This document shows, one piece after another, positions 1 through 9,142 of a DNA stretch of 32,000 nucleotides. The DNA lies in contig NC_007493.2 in the NCBI RefSeq assembly GCF_000012905.2, positions 2,130,001 to 2,162,000 of the forward strand, read 5' to 3'. The notes beneath the pieces are model-generated. The model saw only the letters and a list, made by a program, of their open reading frames with translations, was not told the DNA's origin and made no database searches. Source of the stretch: Cereibacter sphaeroides 2.4.1. Lineage in GTDB: Bacteria; Pseudomonadota; Alphaproteobacteria; Rhodobacterales; Rhodobacteraceae. Each line of letters starts with the position of its first letter. Positions within the stretch are counted from its first letter, which is position 1. The translations under genes were made by a program, and so were the position numbers.

Positions 1-558
<558 letters not shown>

Positions 559-921
559 GTCAGGCCTCCTCCTCGAGACGAGGCGCGGATTGCGCCCCCG
601 GAGGAGAAGCTAGACCGCCCGCGCGGGATTTGCACCCGCTGCCGTCACGTCGGCGAAAAGCGGCGGCCCGGCGCGCCAGCCGCCGCCGCTCCGCGCGGAG
701 GGGACAGACCGCGCCTTCGCCGTTCCGCGCGGACGGTCCTCCCGTCTCCGGACCGCGGGAACGGCCCTTTCCGTCCGCCGCGTCTCGGGGCGCAAGACGC
801 CGCGCCAGGGCGCATGACAGGCCATAATTCCGCCCCAACCCTCCCTCAAAATGACGCCCGGACCATGATTTGGAGGTGACGCGCGGGCCCCTTCCCCCCC
901 GCGCGGCCAAGGATATTCTGC

Positions 922-2622
922 ATGACCCGACATGACCGATCTTCCGGTCCGTCCGCCCTCCGCCGGTTCGGCCGGAGCGAGGACGGCTCGATCCTGATCT
1001 TCGGGATCTTCATGCTGATCCTGATGCTGATGATCGGCGGCCTCGCCGTCGATGTCATGCGCTTCGAGTTCCAGCGCGCGCGCCTGCAGGGCACGCTCGA
1101 CCGCGCGGTTCTGGCGGCGGCCAGCCTCACGCAGAGCCGCTCGCCCGCCGAGGTGGTGCGCGACTATGTGACCAAGGCGGGCCTCGCGGACTATCTCGAC
1201 GAGCCGGTGGTGAATGCCAACACGCTCAATGTCCGCAGCGTGACCGCGACCGCCGCCTATTCCATGCCCACCGTCTTCATGAAGCTTCTGGACATCGACA
1301 GGCTCGAGGCCCCCGCCGTCAGCACCGCCGAAGAGCGCGTCTCCAACGTCGAGATCTCGCTCGTGCTCGACATGTCGAACTCGATGGTGACCGACGGCAC
1401 CAACCCGCGCGACCGGCTGGACAATCTGAAGGTCGCCGCCAGGGATTTCATCGACATCGTGATGGCGGGGGCCAATTCCGGCCTCGACGGCGCGCCCGTC
1501 ATATCGGTCTCGATCGTGCCCTATACCGGACAGGTCAATGCGGGCGCGGACCTGCTCTCGACCTATCCCAACGTCTCCCATCGCCAGCCCTACTCCAGCT
1601 GCGTGGAGTTCGCGGCGAGCGACTTCACCACGACGGCGCTGGCCAACGGCGCCCCCCTCACCGGCTCGGGCAACAGCGAGCTCTTCTCCAGCTCCTCCTC
1701 GACGCAGGCGCCCACCTACTACTGGTGCCCCGAAGAGACCGCGGCCGGCAACCCGACCGTCACGCCCTTCTCGCACGATCCCGAGGCGCTGAAGCTCGCC
1801 ATCGACAGGCTGAGCGGCGAGGGCTCGACGGCCATCGACACGGGGATGAAATGGGGCGTCACGCTGCTCGATCCCTCGACCCAGCCCTCGGTCGCGGCGC
1901 TGATCGAGGACGGCAAGGTGAACGGGGCCTTCGCGGGCCGCCCCCTCGCCTACCAGAGCGGCAATGTGATGAAGGTCGTCGTGCTGATGACCGACGGCCA
2001 GCACGTCAACCAGGAACCGCGGCTGTCGAATGCGGTGAAGACCGGCGACTCCGACATCTGGGCCACCGGCTCCGCCACCGACACCAACCGCTCGTGGTCC
2101 GTCCGGCTCTCGAACGGAACCTACTACTGGAAGCGCGACGGCACCGGCGGACATTCCGGCCCCGACACGACCATCGTCACCCGGAGCTGCACCGTCGAGC
2201 AGGTCTGCACGCGCACGCGCAACGGATCTTGCACGCGGTGGCAGGATCAGCAGGTCTGCACCGATACGCCCTCGACCGTCACGGCCCACCGGCTGAGCTA
2301 CCCCGACCTCTGGCATCAGGCGCGCGTGGGCTGGGTGTCGGGCCTCTATTCCAGTGCAGGCGTCAGCGGCAGATATTCCTCGTGGGTCTCGACGCTGGAT
2401 CCGACCGTCAAGAACGAGCGGACCAGGCAGATCTGCGACGCCGCGCGCGCCCAGGGCATCACGGTCTATTCCGTCGCCTTCGAGGCCGAGGCCGGCGGTC
2501 AGGCGCTGCTGCAATATTGCGCGAGCACGACCGGCCATTACTACGCGACCGTCGGACCGCAGATCCGCACCGTCTTCCACTCCATCGCAAGCCACATCAC
2601 CCAGCTGAGGCTGACGCAATGA
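922..2622 (+). CDS. TadG-like pilus-assembly protein with a von Willebrand factor A (vWA) domain
   Basis: 566-aa ORF. It has an N-terminal TadE/G-like hydrophobic segment (GSILIFGIFMLILMLMIGGLAVDVMRFE). The vWA MIDAS signature D-x-S-x-S is present (ISLVLDMSNSM), followed later by VVVLMTDGQH. A 4-Cys insert reads CTVEQVCTRTRNGSCTRWQDQQVC. GC3 is high, and the stop overlaps the next start as ATGA at 2619-2622. Confidence 0.85.
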   Translation: MTRHDRSSGPSALRRFGRSEDGSILIFGIFMLILMLMIGGLAVDVMRFEFQRARLQGTLDRAVLAAASLTQSRSPAEVVRDYVTKAGLADYLDEPVVNANTLNVRSVTATAAYSMPTVFMKLLDIDRLEAPAVSTAEERVSNVEISLVLDMSNSMVTDGTNPRDRLDNLKVAARDFIDIVMAGANSGLDGAPVISVSIVPYTGQVNAGADLLSTYPNVSHRQPYSSCVEFAASDFTTTALANGAPLTGSGNSELFSSSSSTQAPTYYWCPEETAAGNPTVTPFSHDPEALKLAIDRLSGEGSTAIDTGMKWGVTLLDPSTQPSVAALIEDGKVNGAFAGRPLAYQSGNVMKVVVLMTDGQHVNQEPRLSNAVKTGDSDIWATGSATDTNRSWSVRLSNGTYYWKRDGTGGHSGPDTTIVTRSCTVEQVCTRTRNGSCTRWQDQQVCTDTPSTVTAHRLSYPDLWHQARVGWVSGLYSSAGVSGRYSSWVSTLDPTVKNERTRQICDAARAQGITVYSVAFEAEAGGQALLQYCASTTGHYYATVGPQIRTVFHSIASHITQLRLTQ

Positions 2623-3176
2623 TCCGCTCTTTGCTGGATCGTCTCCGCCTGCGCCTCGCCTGCGAGAGCGGCAGCGCCACCGTGGAATTCGTGATCGCCG
2701 TCCCGGTGATCCTCTCAGTCGTCTTCTCGGGCTTCGAAAGCGGGATGCTGCTGTCGCGCAAGGTGCTGCTCGACCGCGCCCTCGACATGACCGTGCGCGA
2801 GCTGCGGCTGTCGCAGATCGAGAATCCGACCCCGGACCTCGTCAGGGAACATATCTGCGCCCGCAACACCTGGGTGAAGGACTGCCTGAACGTGCTGCGG
2901 CTCGAACTGGCCCCCATCGCCACCACGGGCACCTGGGCGCTGCCGACCGCGGCCCCCGAGTGCATCAACCGCGCCGCCGAGATCAATCCGCCCGACGCCT
3001 TCACGCTCGGCGCCGAGAACGAGCTGATGCTGGTGCGCGTCTGCGTGGTGGTCGATCCGCTGTTCCCGCGCCTGGGCCTCGGGCTCTACCTGCCCAAGGA
3101 CCCGTCGGGCGGCGTCCGCCTCATCTCGACCTCGGCCTTCGTGAACGAGCCGCGGCGCACGAACCCGGAGAGCTGA
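2619..3176 (+). CDS. TadE-like (pseudopilin-type) protein
   Basis: In-frame ATG at 2619 inside track ORF 1725..3176. The N-terminus MIRSLLDRLRLRLACESGSATVEFVIAVPVILSVVF matches the TadE/TadF prepilin-like leader plus hydrophobic helix (G/SATVEF). It is translationally coupled (ATGA) to the upstream vWA gene. Confidence 0.8.
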   Translation: MIRSLLDRLRLRLACESGSATVEFVIAVPVILSVVFSGFESGMLLSRKVLLDRALDMTVRELRLSQIENPTPDLVREHICARNTWVKDCLNVLRLELAPIATTGTWALPTAAPECINRAAEINPPDAFTLGAENELMLVRVCVVVDPLFPRLGLGLYLPKDPSGGVRLISTSAFVNEPRRTNPES

Positions 3177-3179
3177 GCC

Positions 3180-3716
3180 ATGCGCCGCCCCCTTCTGCGC
3201 GCCTTCTGGTCCGACCGCCGCGGCAGCGCCACCGTCGAGATGGTGCTGGTGCTGCCCCTGCTGGTCTGGGCCTATCTCGGGATCTATGTCTTCTTCGACG
3301 CCTTTGCGAAGATCACCGTCTCGTCCAAGGCCACCTACACGATCTCGGACATGCTCTCGCGCCAGCGCAGCTCGGTCGACGGGACCTTCCTCGCCAATGC
3401 CCATGGCCTGTTCGACTGGCTCACCGGCGCGCGGGCGACCTCCATCCGCGTGAGCAGCATCACCTGGGACGAGACGAGCCAGAGCTACGAGGTGCAATGG
3501 TCCTTCGCCGAAGGGGGCCCCGACATCCAGACGAACGCCACCATCGGGGACTATGAGGACCGGATCCCGGTGCTGCCCGAGGGCGATTACCTCATCCTGG
3601 TCGAGACCTGGATGGATTACACGCCGCTCTTCCTCCAGTTCCTCGACCCGTTCACCTTCACCGAATTCACCGTGACCCGGCCGCGCTTCATGCCGAAGCT
3701 CGACTTCACCGGCTGA
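3180..3716 (+). CDS. TadE-like (pseudopilin-type) protein, second copy
   Basis: 178-aa ORF starting 3 nt after the previous stop. The N-terminus MRRPLLRAFWSDRRGSATVEMVLVLPLLVWAYLGIYVF has the same G-SATVE-hydrophobic signature. Confidence 0.8.
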   Translation: MRRPLLRAFWSDRRGSATVEMVLVLPLLVWAYLGIYVFFDAFAKITVSSKATYTISDMLSRQRSSVDGTFLANAHGLFDWLTGARATSIRVSSITWDETSQSYEVQWSFAEGGPDIQTNATIGDYEDRIPVLPEGDYLILVETWMDYTPLFLQFLDPFTFTEFTVTRPRFMPKLDFTG

Positions 3717-3750
3717 CCGCGGGGCAGAGGGAAAGCCCCGGCCCTCGCCC

Positions 3751-3778
3751 GCCGAGCCGGACCCCTCGACGGCTCGGC
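3751..3778. terminator. GC-rich hairpin between convergent genes (putative bidirectional terminator)
   Basis: GCCGAGCCG (3751-3759) and CGGCTCGGC (3770-3778) form a perfect 9-bp stem with a 10-nt loop. It lies in the 64-nt gap between the TadE-like stop (3716) and the TetR stop (3781). There is no U-tract, which is common in high-GC genomes. Confidence 0.45.
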
Positions 3779-3780
3779 GC

Positions 3781-4371
3781 TCACCGGGCCGAGGCGGTCT
3801 TCAGCACCATCTCGGCATACTGGTCGGCCACCTCGTCGCGCCCCATCGGCCCCATGTCGCGAAACCAGTGCGTGACGCCCGTCAGCATGGCGATGATGGC
3901 CCGCGTGGCGAGGCGGAGATCGGGCAGAGCGAACACCCCCACCGCCGTGCCGGCCCTGAGGATCGCCTCAAGACGCTCCTCATAGCGCCGCCGCAGGCCC
4001 TCGATGACGGCGAAATTCTCGGGGCTCAGGTTCCGAAGCTCCATATAGGCGATGAAGACGGCCTCGGGCCGGTCGATGTGATAGCCGATGTGGAACCGCG
4101 CGAACTGCGCCAGCGCCGCGCGCGGGTCGCAGGGTTCGGGCAGCGCCTCGCAGGCGGCGAGCAGCTCCTCCATATGGAGCCGCATCAGGTCGAAGAGCAG
4201 CGTCTGCTTGTCGGGCGTATAGAGATAGAGCGCGCCCGCCTGCACCCCCACCTCGGCCGCGATCTGGCGCATCGAGACGGCGGCATAGCCGTGCCGGGCG
4301 ATCAGCCGCTGGGCCGCCGCCCGGACCCGCGGGCCCGTCGTCTCCGCATGAGATCCTGCCGTTCGCGCCAT
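3781..4371 (-). CDS. TetR/AcrR-family transcriptional regulator
   Basis: The track ORF (3781..4824) is over-extended through Arg/Gly-rich junk. The internal ATG at 4371 gives a 196-aa protein: MARTAGSHAETTGPRVRAAAQRLIARHGYAAVSMRQIAAEVGVQAGALYLYTPDKQTLLFDL. This is the typical TetR N-terminal HTH, followed by a helical ligand domain. Confidence 0.9.
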   Translation of the reverse strand: MARTAGSHAETTGPRVRAAAQRLIARHGYAAVSMRQIAAEVGVQAGALYLYTPDKQTLLFDLMRLHMEELLAACEALPEPCDPRAALAQFARFHIGYHIDRPEAVFIAYMELRNLSPENFAVIEGLRRRYEERLEAILRAGTAVGVFALPDLRLATRAIIAMLTGVTHWFRDMGPMGRDEVADQYAEMVLKTASAR

Positions 4372-4386
4372 GGCCGCAGGATTATC

Positions 4387-4400
4387 TGAACGCCGGTTCA
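4387..4400. promoter_or_regulatory. Perfect 14-bp palindrome TGAACGCCGGTTCA; candidate TetR operator in the divergent promoter region
   Basis: It lies 16 nt upstream of the TetR ATG. On the minus strand it sits between TTGAAT (-35-like) and TAATCC (-10-like, 4384-4379). This would put the transcription start at or very near the ATG, implying a possible leaderless mRNA. Confidence 0.4.
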
Positions 4401-4536
4401 ATTCAAGCACCCTCCGAGCCGGCAGGCCGGTCCCTTCGGTCCGACGGCCGCTGCCGCGTACTCCCCCGCCGGCCGAGGGGCCTTGCCGCCGCTGCGGCGC
4501 AAAGGCTAATCTGCGGACGCCCCAACGGAGCCTCCG

Positions 4537-4779
4537 ATGCGCCTTGCCCTGATCCTCGCCGCGATGGCGGCCCTTGCCGGCTGCACGGCCTTTCCCGAGG
4601 TGGAGGCCCGCACGAGCCGCGCCGATGAGCCTGCCCCGCCGCTCCTGCCGCTCGACGAGCTTCTGGCGCGGGCGGGAACCCCCACCGTGACGCCCGAGAC
4701 GCAAGCCAGCCTCGAAGCGCGCGCCGCCGCCCTTCGCGCGCGAGCCGCCAGCCTGCAAAGCGCGCCCGCAGAGCCCTGA
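4537..4779 (+). CDS. Small lipoprotein (80 aa)
   Basis: MRLALILAAMAALAGC is a signal peptide plus lipobox (LAGC). GGAG lies 8 nt upstream, GC3 is high, and the mature part is Ala/Pro-rich. I did not recognise a family. Confidence 0.6.
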   Translation: MRLALILAAMAALAGCTAFPEVEARTSRADEPAPPLLPLDELLARAGTPTVTPETQASLEARAAALRARAASLQSAPAEP

Positions 4780-4868
4780 GCCGCGTTGCTCTTCCGCCCG
4801 CGACCGGCTAACAGACCAGCGCATCCAGCCCGGCGCCGCCGCGCCGTCAGACAGATTTCGGAGGTTTC

Positions 4869-6155
4869 ATGGCTGCCCCCCTGCGTCTTGGTATTGCCGG
4901 TCTCGGCACCGTCGGTATCGGGGTGGTCAAGATCATCCAGCGTCACGCCGACCTGATCGCCGCCCGCGCAGGACGCCCGGTCACCATCACCGCCGTCTGC
5001 GCCCGCGACCGGTCGAAGAACCGCGATGCCGATCTTTCGGGCTACGCCTGGGAGACGGATGCGGTGGCGCTGGCACAGCGCGCGGATATCGACGTGTTCG
5101 TCGAGGTCATGGGCGGCTCGGAAGGGGCGGCGCGCGCCTCGACCGAGGCCGCGCTGGCCGCCGGCAAGGATGTGGTGACCGCGAACAAGGCGCTCCTCGC
5201 TCATCACGGGCAGGCCTTGGCCGAGATGGCCGAGGCCGCGGGCCTCGCCATCCGGTTCGAGGCTGCCGTCGCGGGCGGCATCCCGGTCATCAAGGCGCTG
5301 ACCGAGGGGCTCGCCGGCAACCAGATGCGCCGGGTGATGGGCGTCATGAACGGCACCTGCAACTACATCCTGACCCGGATGGAGACCGCGGGCCTGCCCT
5401 ACGACCATGTCTTCGAGGAGGCCCGCCAGCTCGGCTATCTCGAGGCCGACCCGAACCTCGATGTCGGAGGGATCGACGCGGGCCACAAGCTCTCGCTTCT
5501 GGCCTCGATCGCCTTCGGCACCCGCGTCAGCTTCGACGACGTGCAGCTCGAGGGGATCGGCCAGATCTCGATCGACGACATCCGCCATGCGGGCGATCTC
5601 GGCTTCCGCATCAAGCTTCTGGGCGTGGCGCAGGTGTCGGGCCGCGGGCTCGAGCAGCGGATGACCCCCTGCCTCGTGCCCGCCGACAGCCCGCTCGGCC
5701 AGCTTCAGGGCGGCACCAATATGGTGGTGCTCGAAGGAGACGCGGTGGGCCAGATCGTGCTGCGCGGCCCCGGCGCGGGCGAAGGCCCCACCGCCAGCGC
5801 CGTGATGGGCGACGTGATCGACCTCGCGCGCGGACTGCGCCTGCCCACCTTCGGCCGCCCCGCCACGAGCCTCGTCGAGGCGGTGCCCGCCAAGGTCGCG
5901 GCGCCCGCGCCCTGGTATCTGCGCATGACGCTCCTCGACAAGCCGGGGGCGCTGGCCAAGATCGCGACGGCGCTCGGCGAGGCCGGCATCTCCATCGACC
6001 GGATGCGCCAGTATGGCCACGAGGGCGGCCACGCCCCGGTGCTGATCGTCACCCACAAGGCCTCTCGCGACGACATTTCCCATGCGATCAGCCGGTTCGG
6101 GGCCACGGGCGTCCTCGTCGGCGAACCTGTGGCGATCCGCATCGAAGAGGTTTGA
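4869..6155 (+). CDS. hom: Homoserine dehydrogenase
   Basis: 428 aa. It has an N-terminal Rossmann motif (LRLGIAGLGTVGIGV), the conserved core (VVTANKALLA, AAVAGGIPVIKAL, NGTCNYIL) and a C-terminal ACT-like region (WYLRMTLLDKPGALAKIATALGEAGISI). GGAGG lies 6 nt upstream. Confidence 0.97.
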   Translation: MAAPLRLGIAGLGTVGIGVVKIIQRHADLIAARAGRPVTITAVCARDRSKNRDADLSGYAWETDAVALAQRADIDVFVEVMGGSEGAARASTEAALAAGKDVVTANKALLAHHGQALAEMAEAAGLAIRFEAAVAGGIPVIKALTEGLAGNQMRRVMGVMNGTCNYILTRMETAGLPYDHVFEEARQLGYLEADPNLDVGGIDAGHKLSLLASIAFGTRVSFDDVQLEGIGQISIDDIRHAGDLGFRIKLLGVAQVSGRGLEQRMTPCLVPADSPLGQLQGGTNMVVLEGDAVGQIVLRGPGAGEGPTASAVMGDVIDLARGLRLPTFGRPATSLVEAVPAKVAAPAPWYLRMTLLDKPGALAKIATALGEAGISIDRMRQYGHEGGHAPVLIVTHKASRDDISHAISRFGATGVLVGEPVAIRIEEV

Positions 6156-6217
6156 TCCCCCCTTCCCGTTCCGCTAGGGAGGGGTCGGAGAACTTGCACC
6201 CTCGAGGAAAGTGACCA

Positions 6218-7183
6218 ATGGCAGACGCCGCACAATTTCATGACCGAATGCTTTCGCTGGGCCTCGCCCGTGTGTCCGAGGCCGCTGCCCTCGCCTCGGC
6301 TCGCCTGATCGGGCGCGGCGACGAGAAGGCCGCCGACCAGGCTGCGGTCAACGCGATGCGCGACCAGCTCAACCTGCTCGACATCGCCGGCGTCGTCGTC
6401 ATCGGCGAGGGCGAACGCGACGAGGCGCCGATGCTCTTCATCGGCGAGGAAGTCGGCACCGGCCATGGCCCGGCCGTGGATATTGCCCTCGACCCGCTGG
6501 AAGGCACGACGCTGACCGCCAAGGACATGCCGAACGCGCTGACCGTGATCGCCATGGCGCCGCGCGGCACGCTGCTGCACGCCCCCGACGTCTACATGGA
6601 AAAGCTCGCCATCGGCCCGGGCTATGCGCCCGACACGGTGACGCTGAAGATGACCCCCGCCGAGCGGGTCCATGCGCTGGCCAAGGCCAAGGACGGCACC
6701 CCCGAGGATGTCACGGTCTGCATTCTCGAGCGTCCGCGCCACGAGGAGCTGATCGCCGAGGTCCGCTCGACCGGGGCCGCGATCCGGCTCATCACCGACG
6801 GCGACGTGGCCGGCGTGATCCACTGCGCCGAGGCGCATCTGACCGGCATCGACATGTACATGGGCTCGGGCGGCGCTCCCGAGGGCGTGCTCGCCGCCGC
6901 CGCGCTGAAATGCATGGGCGGCCAGATGTATGGCCAGCTCCTGTTCCGCAACGACGACGAGCGCTCGCGCGCCCGCCGCGCCGGCATCCAGGATCTCGAC
7001 CGGATCTACACCCGCGACGAGCTGGTGACGGCCGACGTGATCTTCGCCGCGACCGGCGTGACCAACGGCTCGATCCTCGCCGGCATCAAGCGCGAGCCGG
7101 GCTGGGTGACCACCGAAACGATCCTGATGCGGTCGAAGACCGGCTCGGTCCGGCGGATGAGCTACCGCAGCCCGGTGAAATGA
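6218..7183 (+). CDS. glpX: Class II fructose-1,6-bisphosphatase (GlpX type)
   Basis: 321 aa. LGLARVSEAAALASARLIGRGDEKAADQAAVNAMR...VVIGEGERDEAPMLFIGEEVG...DPLEGTT...ITDGDVAG are the typical GlpX blocks. Confidence 0.95.
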   Translation: MADAAQFHDRMLSLGLARVSEAAALASARLIGRGDEKAADQAAVNAMRDQLNLLDIAGVVVIGEGERDEAPMLFIGEEVGTGHGPAVDIALDPLEGTTLTAKDMPNALTVIAMAPRGTLLHAPDVYMEKLAIGPGYAPDTVTLKMTPAERVHALAKAKDGTPEDVTVCILERPRHEELIAEVRSTGAAIRLITDGDVAGVIHCAEAHLTGIDMYMGSGGAPEGVLAAAALKCMGGQMYGQLLFRNDDERSRARRAGIQDLDRIYTRDELVTADVIFAATGVTNGSILAGIKREPGWVTTETILMRSKTGSVRRMSYRSPVK

Positions 7184-8931
7184 CGGGCCCGGCGGCGCGC
7201 GCCTTCCTGGGGGTCGAGGCCTCCGCGACCGGGCGCCGCTGGGTTGGCCCCTCCCCCGAGGAGGACCGGCTGGCCGAGGCGATGGCGCAGACCACGCGCC
7301 TGCCGCTCGCGCTCTGCCGCACGCTGGTGCGGCGGGGCGTCCCGGCCTCCGATGCCGAGAGCTTCCTCGCGCCCGCGCTGCGCGACCTCCTGCCCGACCC
7401 GCTGACGCTGAAGGACATGGCGCCCGCCGCCGCGCGGCTGCTGCAGGCCGTGGCCCGGCGCGAGCGGATCGCGATCTTCGCCGACTACGACGTGGACGGC
7501 GGCTCCTCCGCCGCGCTGCTGATCGTCTGGCTCCGGGCGCTCGGGCGCTCGGCCACGCTCTACATCCCCGACCGGATCGACGAGGGCTACGGCCCGAACG
7601 TGCCCGCCATGCAGGCGCTGGCCGAGGCGCACGACCTGATCCTCTGCGTCGATTGCGGCACCCTCTCGCACGAGCCCATCGCGGCGGCGAAGGGCGCGGA
7701 TGTGGTGGTGCTCGATCACCACCTCGGCGCCGAGACGCTGCCGCCCGCGCTCGCCGTGGTGAACCCCAACCGGCAGGACGAGGACGGGGCGCTGGGCCAT
7801 CTCTGTGCGGCCTCCGTTGTGTTCCTGCTTCTCGTCGAGGCCAACCGCCGCCTGCGCGCCGAGGGCGTGCAGGGGCCGGACCTGATGGCGATGCTCGACC
7901 TCGTGGCGCTGGCGACCGTGGCCGATGTCGCGCCGTTGACAGGTGTCAACCGCGCGCTCGTGCGGCAGGGCCTCAAGGTCATGGCGCGGCGCGAGCGGCC
8001 GGGCCTCGTGGCGCTGGCCGATGTGGCGCGGATGAAGACCGCGCCCAACAGCTATGCGCTGGGCTTCCTTCTCGGCCCGCGCGTCAATGCCGGCGGGCGG
8101 ATCGGGCAGGCGGATCTCGGCGCACGGCTGCTGTCCACCGAGGACCCGCGCGAGGCGCAGGCCTTGGCCGAGCGGCTCGACCAGCTCAACACCGAGCGGC
8201 GCGAGATCGAGGCCCGCGTCCGCGAGGAGGCTCTGGCTCAGGCCGAGGCGCGCGGCATCTCGGGCCCGCTCGTCTGGGCCGCGGGCGAGGGCTGGCACCC
8301 CGGCGTGGTGGGCATCGTGGCCGCCCGGCTGAAGGAGGCCACCAACCGCCCCGCCGTGGTGATCGGCTTCGAGAACGGCATCGGCAAGGGCTCGGGCCGC
8401 TCGATCGCCGGTGTGGATCTGGGCGCTTCCATCCACCGCGTGGCGCATGAGGGGCTGCTTCTGAAGGGCGGCGGGCACCGGATGGCTGCGGGCCTCACCG
8501 TCGAGGAAGGCCGCCTCGAGGCCGCGATGGAGCGGCTGGGCGAGCTGCTGGCGCGGCAGGGGGCGGCCGAGGCGGGTCCGGCGGACCTGCGGCTCGACGG
8601 ACTCCTGATGCCCTCGGCCGCCACCGCGGAATTCGTCGAGCAGATCGACTCCGCAGGCCCCTACGGGGCGGGCGCCGCCGCGCCGCGCTTCGCCCTGGCA
8701 GATCAGCGCGTGACCTGCCGGCGCATGGGCGACAAGCACATGCGGCTGACGATCGGCGGCGCCGAGGGCCGGCTCGAGGCGGTGGCCTTCGGCTGCTTCG
8801 ACGGGCCGCTCGGCCCGCTTCTGGAAGGCGGCGGCGCAGGCCGCTTCCACCTCGCCGGCCGGCTCGAGATCGACACCTGGGGCGGCAGCGCGCGCGTGCA
8901 GATGCGCCTCGAAGACGCGGCGCGCGCATGA
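7180..8931 (+). CDS. recJ: Single-stranded-DNA-specific exonuclease RecJ
   Basis: In-frame ATG at 7180 in track ORF 6910..8931, overlapping the glpX stop as ATGA. DHH motifs are present: IAIFADYDVDGGSSAA, DRIDEGYG, LILCVDCGT, VVLDHH and GGHRMAAG (DHHA1). Confidence 0.95.
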   Translation: MTGPAARAFLGVEASATGRRWVGPSPEEDRLAEAMAQTTRLPLALCRTLVRRGVPASDAESFLAPALRDLLPDPLTLKDMAPAAARLLQAVARRERIAIFADYDVDGGSSAALLIVWLRALGRSATLYIPDRIDEGYGPNVPAMQALAEAHDLILCVDCGTLSHEPIAAAKGADVVVLDHHLGAETLPPALAVVNPNRQDEDGALGHLCAASVVFLLLVEANRRLRAEGVQGPDLMAMLDLVALATVADVAPLTGVNRALVRQGLKVMARRERPGLVALADVARMKTAPNSYALGFLLGPRVNAGGRIGQADLGARLLSTEDPREAQALAERLDQLNTERREIEARVREEALAQAEARGISGPLVWAAGEGWHPGVVGIVAARLKEATNRPAVVIGFENGIGKGSGRSIAGVDLGASIHRVAHEGLLLKGGGHRMAAGLTVEEGRLEAAMERLGELLARQGAAEAGPADLRLDGLLMPSAATAEFVEQIDSAGPYGAGAAAPRFALADQRVTCRRMGDKHMRLTIGGAEGRLEAVAFGCFDGPLGPLLEGGGAGRFHLAGRLEIDTWGGSARVQMRLEDAARA

Positions 8932-9001
8932 TTTTCACGAAGCGCGAAATTCCCTCTTGCGCTGCTCCCTGCGCCGAAATATGACCGCGCCTGTCCCGAG
9001 T

Positions 9002-9076
9002 GGCCCGTTCGTCTATCGGTTAGGACACCAGGTTTTCAACCTGGGAAGAGGGGTTCGACTCCCCTACGGGCTGCCA
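9002..9076 (+). tRNA. tRNA-Glu (anticodon UUC)
   Basis: It folds by hand into a 75-nt cloverleaf. Acceptor stem GGCCCGT/ACGGGCT, D-stem GTCT/GGAC, anticodon stem CCAGG/CCTGG with loop TT-TTC-AA, and T-arm AGGGG-TTCGACT-CCCCT. The discriminator is G and CCA is encoded. Confidence 0.95.
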
Positions 9077-9105
9077 CTTCCTTCCCCTTGATTTGCTGAA
9101 GTATT

Positions 9106-9118
9106 CCCCTTCGAGGGG
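9106..9118. terminator. Short hairpin CCCCT-TCG-AGGGG between tRNA-Glu and the convergent cyclase gene
   Basis: 5-bp stem with a 3-nt loop, 30 nt after the tRNA 3' end and 25 nt from the stop at 9143. The stem is weak, so the role is tentative. Confidence 0.3.
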
Positions 9119-9142
9119 TGCAGTTGTCGCGCAGGATCCGGC

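Noticed and set aside
610-2619. 669-aa minus-strand ORF
   Set aside because: It is antisense to the TadG-like/vWA gene. The composition is Gly/Arg/Asp/Ala-rich low complexity, typical of off-frame reading in 69 % GC DNA. The + frame has MIDAS and TadG motifs and high GC3.
3781-4824. 347-aa version of the TetR ORF
   Set aside because: The first ~150 residues are Arg/Gly-rich junk overlapping the lipoprotein gene on the other strand. The TetR HTH begins right after the internal ATG at 4371.
4506-6083. 525-aa minus-strand ORF
   Set aside because: It is antisense to homoserine dehydrogenase, which is unambiguous on the + strand.
7162-8850. 562-aa minus-strand ORF, plus the + strand 7653..8450 ORF
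   Set aside because: They are antisense to, or out of frame with, recJ (DHH/DHHA1 motifs in the called frame). Their translations are Arg/Ala/Gly/Pro-rich.
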